Origin: a bacterium
GTDB lineage: Bacteria; Patescibacteriota; Saccharimonadia; Saccharimonadales; UBA4665
Length of the DNA: 45,371 nucleotides
Assembly (NCBI GenBank): GCA_021846795.1
Contig: JAJZWG010000001.1
Span: forward strand, 1-45,371
Direction: 5' to 3'
Below, piece after piece: positions 38,220 to 45,371 of this stretch. The notes under the pieces are model-generated. The model had not been told where the DNA came from. It was given only the letters and a program-made list of their open reading frames with translations, and did no database searches. The position numbers and the translations under genes are program-made. Positions within the stretch are counted from its first letter, which is position 1, and each line of letters opens with the position of its first letter.

Positions 38220-39548
38220 CTAAGGAGCTAAACGATTAATATCTCTTGGAAATAAAATTGCTTCTTTAACATTATGAAGTCCAATAACTTTTTCAGTTAA
38301 TCGATCAATACCAAAACCAAAACCACCATGTGGTGGTAAACCATATTTAAAAGCTGAAACATATGAAGCAAAACCACTGCTATCAGGATCAACGCCAGCT
38401 AATTTCATTTGTTCAACTAAAACTTCATAACGATGTTCTCTTTGTGGTACGGTTGATATTTCGATACCTCGAAATAATAAATCAGCCGATCGAGTTTGGT
38501 TGTTGTCACCCTTCATATGATAAAACTTCATTTTAGATTGTGGTAAACCAGTAGCAAAAACTGCCTCACAATTTAATTTTTTCTTAGCATAATCACAAAT
38601 CCATTTTTCTTCATCTGGCGTTAAATCTAACTCTTGAGAAACATCAACTTTAGTATTTTTTTGATACATTTCGTGAATTTCAGCCATAGTAAAACGAGGA
38701 AACTCTTTTGTTAAAATTAATTCCGGAGCATTTAGTTGTTTTAAAATTTTATTTTCTTTATCGTAAACTTTTACTAAAACACTATACAACATGTCTTGAA
38801 TTAAATTTAAAACGTCGTTGTGTTCGTTTATAAAACCTATTTCAACATCAAGCATAGTGACTTCTGAAACATGACGAGTTGTAGCACTAAGTTCAGCCCT
38901 AAAAGCTGGACCAATTTCAAAAACTCTTTCAAAAACTCCTACCATAATTTGTTTATAAAGTTGCGGGCTTTGTGCTAAAGTTGCTTCTTTACCAAAATAA
39001 TCCAACTTAAAAACTTCTGCGCCACCTTCAGCTGCGCCACCAACTAATTTTGGAGTATTAATTTCTATAAAATCATGTTCAATTAAATAATTACGAATTT
39101 CTCTTAATAAACTAGCTCTAACTCGAAAAATATTAGCTTCATTAATATTTCTTAAACCAATTGCTCGATAATCAAATAAAGTATCTAGATTTTCTGATTT
39201 ATGAGATAAAGGTTTATCTATTTCAATTGGTGGTTCATTTTCAATAGCTACAATTACTTTAATCTCAGGTTGGTGAATTTCATAACCACCCGGTGCTCGA
39301 ACTTCCTTAAAAACAGTCCCCTTAACCTCTAAAACAGTCCCTATCTGTAAACCTCGTAATTTTTCAACTTCAGCTTTTTCTTCAACTACAATTTGAATTA
39401 AACCATGACGATCTCTAAGATTAATAAATGTAATACCACCCAGAATTCTTTTTTTATGAACAAAGCCAGCTACCAAAACTACCCGATCAACATACTTATC
39501 TAATTGATCGGATAAAATTCTACTATCTTCAAGTTGATTATTTTTCAC
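38220..39548 (-). CDS. aspS: Aspartate--tRNA(Asp/Asn) ligase, compact archaeal-type non-discriminating form
   Basis: OB-fold, LAQSPQLYKQ, FRAE...RH, PPHGGFGFGIDR, FPRD; 442 aa with no GAD insertion. Confidence 0.92.
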   Translation of the reverse strand: MKNNQLEDSRILSDQLDKYVDRVVLVAGFVHKKRILGGITFINLRDRHGLIQIVVEEKAEVEKLRGLQIGTVLEVKGTVFKEVRAPGGYEIHQPEIKVIVAIENEPPIEIDKPLSHKSENLDTLFDYRAIGLRNINEANIFRVRASLLREIRNYLIEHDFIEINTPKLVGGAAEGGAEVFKLDYFGKEATLAQSPQLYKQIMVGVFERVFEIGPAFRAELSATTRHVSEVTMLDVEIGFINEHNDVLNLIQDMLYSVLVKVYDKENKILKQLNAPELILTKEFPRFTMAEIHEMYQKNTKVDVSQELDLTPDEEKWICDYAKKKLNCEAVFATGLPQSKMKFYHMKGDNNQTRSADLLFRGIEISTVPQREHRYEVLVEQMKLAGVDPDSSGFASYVSAFKYGLPPHGGFGFGIDRLTEKVIGLHNVKEAILFPRDINRLAP

Positions 39549-39569
39549 CTGTTAATTTTATCACACACT

Positions 39570-40475
39570 TTAAACTTCTAAAACAAAGATCCAATTAACA
39601 ATATCTCTAAGATAAACTAACCCCAAATAAGCATTGTAGTCGTCTTGAACAATTAAATAATCTTTTTTAGAATGAATAAAATAACTCAGTGTTTCCATTA
39701 AGGAAAAATGATTTGAAATAAACTTAATATTGCTATCCATAAAATCTTCGATATGGCCAGTATTTTTTAAAACAAAGATTTCTTCCGGTACGACACCAAC
39801 TATTTCATTATCTAATGTAACTGGTAAAAACGGGCGATCGGTCTTCTTAACATCATCAATTATAATTGGCGTAATTAAATCTTTTGGTTCAATAACTGGA
39901 TAATAATCTTTATCAATTACAAAACTAGAAACTGAATATTTTTCTAAATTAATTAAATTTTTAATTCTTTTTAAATCTTCTCTTAAAATACGATTATCGT
40001 CTTGGGTTAATTGTCTTTCAATTAATTCATCGACATCATTTAAATCATAAATACCGGTGTGTAATTTTTTTTCTGAGACATCTTTTTTATTTAAAAGTTT
40101 TTTCTTGTTTAATTTATAGGTAATCTTAATAATTAAAGGAAGAAAAATCTTACCTAAAAATCGAATAATTTTACTGACTCGAGATCTGACCAAGCCAACA
40201 AAAACCAAAAATAAAATTACAATTATGACTAAACCATCTAAGGTCGATAATGATTTTATTAAAATAAATATATCTACTGCTGAAAGAATAGCAATTATAA
40301 TATAAAGAGAGGTTTCAACTTGATTTTTAAAAACAACTAATTGTTTTAATTTAATTGACAAAGGGTCGTTACGACGTTTAATTTCTCTTTCAGGTAAATA
40401 ATTAATTAGTTTTATTGTGCTGATCAAACACATAATAATAAAGAGTAGAATAATAATTGTAATCAATAAAAACAT
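39570..40475 (-). CDS. Divergent CNNM/CBS-domain membrane protein
   Basis: N-terminal TMs followed by CBS-pair-like segments (LPV..DNEIVGVV; LIVQDDYNAYLGLVYLRDIV). Confidence 0.6.
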   Translation of the reverse strand: MFLLITIIILLFIIMCLISTIKLINYLPEREIKRRNDPLSIKLKQLVVFKNQVETSLYIIIAILSAVDIFILIKSLSTLDGLVIIVILFLVFVGLVRSRVSKIIRFLGKIFLPLIIKITYKLNKKKLLNKKDVSEKKLHTGIYDLNDVDELIERQLTQDDNRILREDLKRIKNLINLEKYSVSSFVIDKDYYPVIEPKDLITPIIIDDVKKTDRPFLPVTLDNEIVGVVPEEIFVLKNTGHIEDFMDSNIKFISNHFSLMETLSYFIHSKKDYLIVQDDYNAYLGLVYLRDIVNWIFVLEV

Positions 40476-40665
40476 ATTTAGTTTAATTCTATAATTAAAC
40501 TAAATTTTAATCCAGTCTATGAATTAAATTAAGATAAAGTTTTTCCACTCAAGATTTTGCTTATACACTGGTATGTAATATGTTGCTGTTTTTTCTTGTT
40601 TAATTTTTATTGTCATTTTATGTTTGATATTTATTTATTAATTAAATTATACTAAAAACATAAGC

Positions 40666-41250
40666 TTAAACAAAATCTTGTGGTTTTAAATATAACCAAT
40701 TATCTATAATATATCGTTTAGAACTGTTTAATAAACCTCTAACTGATTGATTTTTTAGAACCTGATTGAAACTAAAATGTTGATTTAAGTTTTCATTTAA
40801 CCAAATTGTATAATTTTTAATCTTTAATTCATGAAAAATTATTTTAAGTTGATTGAGTTGAGCTAAACTGGAAGCATTAACCACAAAATGATTTTTAGAA
40901 AGATACTTTAAGAAAAATTGTTGATGTAAATGTTCAAAAACCACTGCCTCATTAAGCATAATTAAGTTAGCTGAATTGTGATAGTTAATACTATTAATAA
41001 TTTTTTGAATATTTAATATTTTCTGGCTTGCTTCATAGCTTTTCAAAGAATGATGAATCTTAATAGCTTGATCAATTAATTTCATTCGATGAACAATATG
41101 AGTATACTGATTAACGGTTGATGATCTTTCTGGAATTAAAAAAACAGTTTTTAAATGATAATCATCACGAAATTTAATAGCTTGTTCCAAATTGGCTTGA
41201 TTAATTGGATCAAAGGCCGCAAAATAATAACCAATATTTACTTTTGACAT
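40666..41250 (-). CDS. NadD-like nucleotidyltransferase, degenerate
   Basis: IGYYFAAFDPI, VFLIPER, HRMKLI, YIIDNWLY resemble NadD; the HxGH motif is absent. Confidence 0.6.
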   Translation of the reverse strand: MSKVNIGYYFAAFDPINQANLEQAIKFRDDYHLKTVFLIPERSSTVNQYTHIVHRMKLIDQAIKIHHSLKSYEASQKILNIQKIINSINYHNSANLIMLNEAVVFEHLHQQFFLKYLSKNHFVVNASSLAQLNQLKIIFHELKIKNYTIWLNENLNQHFSFNQVLKNQSVRGLLNSSKRYIIDNWLYLKPQDFV

Positions 41251-41274
41251 GTTAATATTTTAACAAAAATAAAA

Positions 41275-41943
41275 CTAGTTTAATCTGAACGAATTAATAA
41301 CTTGATATAAAACACTAAAATTGGGTTGAAGGCTATAAGTAGTAAAGGTGAAAAAAAATCGTTGGGGACCTAGAGTTGGCGATTGTAAAACTATAGTATT
41401 TATTCCAACCGAAGAACCAGTTCCAACCACATCTCTTTCGTAATTACCGCTGTCACATAAAAAATTAACACCCTGCCATCTGGCTGGAATAATCACCGAG
41501 CTAGAATTAGAGTTTGTTTTGGTAAAATTAAGGCAGTTCGAAGACACATTGCCGTTGGCTACCATAGTAGAACCATCAGCTTGAATTGATAATTCTCGAT
41601 TTACCGCCATATTAATCGGTATAATATTCTGATAAATATCCAATACTTCAGCATTAGAAGTGTTAGACTTAAATTGAAATATTTTATAAAGACTAGATTG
41701 AATATTAACCGCCTGCCAAGTTTTTGGTAAAGAAAAACTAAAATTAGGTTCAGTGATTGTTTGACTACTTGAAATAGGCGCTGAATAATATTTAACCACC
41801 GCCTGACTTTGATGAATTATCGTCTTTGAATGAGATAATAATATAACAAAATAAATAATTAAACCGCTAATCACTAAAAATATAACTAATAAAAATATAT
41901 ACCTAGTTTTAGATTTATAAATACGTTTATTGAAACGATACAT
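41275..41943 (-). CDS. Single-TM exported hypothetical protein
   Basis: N-terminal TM, FSFSLPKTW, WQGVNFLCD, INSFRL. Confidence 0.7.
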   Translation of the reverse strand: MYRFNKRIYKSKTRYIFLLVIFLVISGLIIYFVILLSHSKTIIHQSQAVVKYYSAPISSSQTITEPNFSFSLPKTWQAVNIQSSLYKIFQFKSNTSNAEVLDIYQNIIPINMAVNRELSIQADGSTMVANGNVSSNCLNFTKTNSNSSSVIIPARWQGVNFLCDSGNYERDVVGTGSSVGINTIVLQSPTLGPQRFFFTFTTYSLQPNFSVLYQVINSFRLN

Positions 41944-41964
41944 AAGCTTAATGAGTATTATAAG

Positions 41965-42441
41965 CTAATTACTTAATTCTTTAGCAATATTATGATATCG
42001 ACTAATAAAATTAACGACTGGTTGATCAAGTTTTAATAACCTTAAAAAATCTATGGCTACTTTCATATCGTTTAAATCATGGCTATCAATTGTTCTTTTT
42101 TCCTCTATTTGTGAAAAAATATCATTGATTTTTTCAATTAACCATTTTTCATCTCTAATATTTAATTGATTAGATTTGATGCGAAATTCTGCAACCGAAC
42201 TTGTAACTTCTAATGATCGAGCTGTTTTAAATCTTTTAATTAGCTGGCCTTTTTGAACCAAAATATTAACGTGTTTAGCTACAATCGATACAGAAGAATA
42301 ATTTAAAGCTGTTTTAATTTCACGATAAGTTGGACTATAACCATTTTGTTCAATAAAATCTCTAATAAATACTAATATTTTATTCTGTTGTTTAGTTGGC
42401 AAACTTTTAATTACTCCTTCGGGGCTAATTTGCTCATTCAT
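41965..42441 (-). CDS. LexA-type winged-helix protein without peptidase domain
   Basis: PTKQQNKILVFIRDFIEQNGYSPTYREI...VAKHV..LVQKG...ARSLEV. Confidence 0.8.
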   Translation of the reverse strand: MNEQISPEGVIKSLPTKQQNKILVFIRDFIEQNGYSPTYREIKTALNYSSVSIVAKHVNILVQKGQLIKRFKTARSLEVTSSVAEFRIKSNQLNIRDEKWLIEKINDIFSQIEEKRTIDSHDLNDMKVAIDFLRLLKLDQPVVNFISRYHNIAKELSN

Positions 42442-42462
42442 AAAATAATTATATAATATCTA

Positions 42463-43059
42463 GTGATGGCTGAACAGGTCGATAGTTTTTATGGTTTACC
42501 GATTTTAAACGATTTAGAAATATCTTATCTTGTTTTTAACGATATAGCTAAGTTGAAAAATAAAATTGAAAGCTACTCGGTTAAACCAAATTTAAGTTTA
42601 TTAATTGACATCATAGTAGATAACTCGATTGATTGTGATTTAGACGAGTTCGATTCTAAAACCAAATTATTTACAAAAGAAACAGCTATTGTTTTTGGTG
42701 TTAAAACTGTTCATTATTTAATGACAGATATCAATAACTCTAGACAAAAAAATTTGAAAGAAAATTTAAATCCTGTGCTTGATTTTTTAAATAATGATCA
42801 GGGTCAAGAATTATTATTCTCAATCGTTAATTACCCTAAGATTCAGGAAGAAAACCAACAAAAACTAATTGATTTTAAAAAATATTACCTAGATTATAAT
42901 CAAAAATTAATTGAAAAAATTGAAAAAATTGGTTATTCAAAATATCATCAAAAAGATTTACAAGATGCCTTTTATGTAGGTGTATTAAATTATCTATCAA
43001 TGTTAATCGATTTATACGTTGATTATAATTTTTATCAAATTATTAATGAAGCTAATTGA
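42463..43059 (+). CDS. Hypothetical protein
   Basis: 198-aa ORF with no recognised motif. Confidence 0.6.
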   Translation: MMAEQVDSFYGLPILNDLEISYLVFNDIAKLKNKIESYSVKPNLSLLIDIIVDNSIDCDLDEFDSKTKLFTKETAIVFGVKTVHYLMTDINNSRQKNLKENLNPVLDFLNNDQGQELLFSIVNYPKIQEENQQKLIDFKKYYLDYNQKLIEKIEKIGYSKYHQKDLQDAFYVGVLNYLSMLIDLYVDYNFYQIINEAN

Positions 43060-44362
43060 CTTTTGGATTGTTGGTTGGCTTAGCCGCTAATAATAATCCG
43101 ATTGGTATCCATAGAACATAACTAATGGTATCGTCAGCAAATTCTGGTAAAAACAAATTTACTAAACAAATACCCACTAAAGCACAAAATAATATAAAAG
43201 ATAGTTGAGATTGTTTGTTTTGCCATAGACCAATCAAAACATAAATAATAATTAATCCAAACACAAATAAACCTAACCAACCCTGTTCAACCCCAATTTG
43301 TAAATAAAAATTTTCTGAAATTACAGGTGGTTTAAGATTATAAATTGAAGCTGGTCCAGCTGTACCAGTACCGCTACCAAGTGGATTTTGTAAAACATGA
43401 ATTAACCCAGTCTCTAAGGCGTTTAAATGATTACCATCAGAACTTGTAGCTGCAGCTGAATGGCTAGAATAATGAAAAACCAAGTTTTGATAAGTTGTAT
43501 TATTTTTAAAAATTACAAAACTTAAACCAAATAAAACTATTAGACCAAATACCGTCATAATTACTAATTTTCTTAATCGATTACTCGGTAATTTAAAATA
43601 AAAAACCAGAAAGACTGCTAAAGCTGTTCCAAGCCAAGCACTTCTCGAAAAACTAAAGATTAGAGCCATAATTGCCAACATGGCACAAATTACAACCAAT
43701 ATCTTTTTTTTAGAATCATAAAATATAACCGCCAATAATGTAATTGGTAAAATTAAATAAGCCCCAAGTGGATTAGAACCCCTCATAAAAGATATAACTC
43801 GAACAAAGTTACTATTACTATTAATTGTTTGATATGGTTGAATGGTGTGAGAATTATAGCCAAAATAACTTAAAAAATTATGTGGCAAAAAAAAGAACTG
43901 AATAATAGCAAATACCGCTACTACCATAGCTGGCCAGAAAATAAATTTAATTAATTGATTCTCCGATAATTTAATTTTTAAACCAGCTAAATAACTAACC
44001 GAAAAAACTAAGAAAAATCTTAAATCAACAATTAATCCAAATTCTAAAGATTTAGTGGTAACCTGATTAGTGTATTTGGCTATAAAACCGGAAGCAAGTA
44101 CAATAATTGCAAACAAAACAATTAATCTAATAATTGGACTAGCAAAAAATTGTTGTCGAATTCGTTGATCAACTGCTATTAAATAAATTCCGACTATAGT
44201 CAAAAAAAGTAAAATAAATTCTTTATATAATCTGACAAAAGTATAATGACCTACTAAACTGGTCGTAAAAACACTAATAAAGGCATAAAAAGGCATACTA
44301 ACCAATAAAAAAACTAAACCATATTTTAAAATCTTAAAAGATGTGTCTTTTTTTATTATCAT
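43052..44362 (-). CDS. O-antigen ligase/Wzy-family membrane protein
   Basis: Multi-TM, NPLGAYL, SFSRSAWLG, PLGSGTG, ENFYLQIGVEQGWLG. Confidence 0.85.
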   Translation of the reverse strand: MIIKKDTSFKILKYGLVFLLVSMPFYAFISVFTTSLVGHYTFVRLYKEFILLFLTIVGIYLIAVDQRIRQQFFASPIIRLIVLFAIIVLASGFIAKYTNQVTTKSLEFGLIVDLRFFLVFSVSYLAGLKIKLSENQLIKFIFWPAMVVAVFAIIQFFFLPHNFLSYFGYNSHTIQPYQTINSNSNFVRVISFMRGSNPLGAYLILPITLLAVIFYDSKKKILVVICAMLAIMALIFSFSRSAWLGTALAVFLVFYFKLPSNRLRKLVIMTVFGLIVLFGLSFVIFKNNTTYQNLVFHYSSHSAAATSSDGNHLNALETGLIHVLQNPLGSGTGTAGPASIYNLKPPVISENFYLQIGVEQGWLGLFVFGLIIIYVLIGLWQNKQSQLSFILFCALVGICLVNLFLPEFADDTISYVLWIPIGLLLAAKPTNNPKVN

Positions 44363-44429
44363 TAATATATTGTAACTAATAATCTGATTCTTTAAAACCT
44401 ACAATAAGGTTTATAATAAAGCTTAAATC

Positions 44430-45371
44430 ATGAAAAGTAATAATCAGCTTATCTATAATATGATATTGATATTGGGTGATTTCTTAGCGCTAGTTTTCGC
44501 TTTTTCAATGGCTTATATATTTCGAGTAACTCTTGATCATCAAGCCTTTTCGGTAGCAATTCACGCTAAGACTTATTTAATAATATTTTTATCATTAATG
44601 CCTTTTTGGATTTTAATTTTTGCTTTATTTAATTTATATTCTGAAAGAGTTTTAGAAAAAAGATTTAACGAGATGATGCGGTTAATTTTAGCGTCATTAA
44701 TTGGTATTTTATTTGTAATTTCTTTTTCATATTTATTTAATGTAGCTATTTTTCCAGCTAAAATAGTCGTCTTATATGGACTACTCTTAGCTTTATTTTT
44801 TGTTTTTTTGTTTAGAACATTGGCTCGAATCATTAGACAACAATTATTTAAATATAACATTGGTATTACTAATGTAGTGATTGTTGGGCGAAATCAAGCA
44901 GCCATAGAAATAGCTAATTACCTTAACAACACTTCCAAAACTGGTTATAAAATTATAGCCGTAATTGGTTTAAACAATAAAAAATATTGTCCTTATTTTC
45001 CAAATTTTAACGCTTTCATGAAAGATAATTTAAAAAAAGAAGTTTCAACTATTATTCAAACTGAATTATTTCTTGATAATCAAAAAAATGATGAAATATT
45101 AACTTTTTGCCAAGAAAACCATGTTTCTTATCGATTTATACCAGGAAACAATGAATTATTTATCGGTAATATTACAGTAGATTTATTTCATTCCATGCCA
45201 ATTGTAGCCGTTCACCAAACACCATTAATTGGTTGGGGTCGAATTATTAAAAGATTATTTGATATAGTCGGTTCAATTATTTTAATTATTTTGTCAGCAC
45301 CATTCATGCTAATAGTCTTAATTATTTTAATGTTTGATCATGGTGATCCAATTTTTAGTCAAACAAGATTA
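44430..45371 (+). CDS. Polyprenyl-phosphate glycosylphosphotransferase (WcaJ/WbaP-like sugar transferase), 3'-partial
   Basis: Manual translation MKSNNQLIYNMILILGDFLAL...VVIVG...PLIGWGRIIKRLFDIVGS...PIFSQTRL, open to the window end. Confidence 0.9.
   Translation, partial: MKSNNQLIYNMILILGDFLALVFAFSMAYIFRVTLDHQAFSVAIHAKTYLIIFLSLMPFWILIFALFNLYSERVLEKRFNEMMRLILASLIGILFVISFSYLFNVAIFPAKIVVLYGLLLALFFVFLFRTLARIIRQQLFKYNIGITNVVIVGRNQAAIEIANYLNNTSKTGYKIIAVIGLNNKKYCPYFPNFNAFMKDNLKKEVSTIIQTELFLDNQKNDEILTFCQENHVSYRFIPGNNELFIGNITVDLFHSMPIVAVHQTPLIGWGRIIKRLFDIVGSIILIILSAPFMLIVLIILMFDHGDPIFSQTRL

Noticed and set aside
40524..40616. 30-codon minus-strand ORF MTIKIKQEKTATYYIPVYKQNLEWKNFILI
   Set aside because: No SD or clearly positioned -10 box and no homology cue; may be chance
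44573..44860. 95-aa minus-strand ORF
   Set aside because: Antisense to the sugar transferase that runs off the window end
1..45371. CRISPR array, rRNA, intact prophage or intact integrase
   Set aside because: No regularly spaced repeats, rRNA-like tracts or phage/integrase ORFs seen

Overview
Very AT-rich bacterial chromosomal segment. The gene complement suggests a Patescibacteria/CPR genome, probably Saccharibacteria (inference from the short HrcA, compact non-discriminating AspRS, PilV/W/X-like minor pilins, LexA lacking its peptidase domain and many single-TM hypothetical proteins). Core content: hrcA-grpE-dnaK-dnaJ, tilS-ftsH, murJ-lepA-gmk, hsp20, dus, an ABC exporter, MarR/MFS, aspS, an O-antigen-ligase-like gene, a partial sugar transferase, and three CAT-anticodon tRNAs (Met, fMet, Ile2). 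Accessory content: a partial PIN toxin, an internally deleted IS3 that keeps its frameshift signal, a DUF6671/tandem-cupredoxin/FNR-TM/ApbE putative flavinylation redox module, rimB-rimK divergent from a GGDEF gene, a MazEF-like TA pair with a decayed tandem copy at tRNA-Met, and an AbrB-Doc TA pair in a repeat-bounded islet at tRNA-fMet. Notable signals: four CIRCE operators (one before ftsH), many apparently leaderless promoters, an unannotated 29-aa ORF with its own promoter, SD and terminator, a murC broken by one in-frame TAA, an atypical initiator tRNA, and a candidate structured ncRNA.
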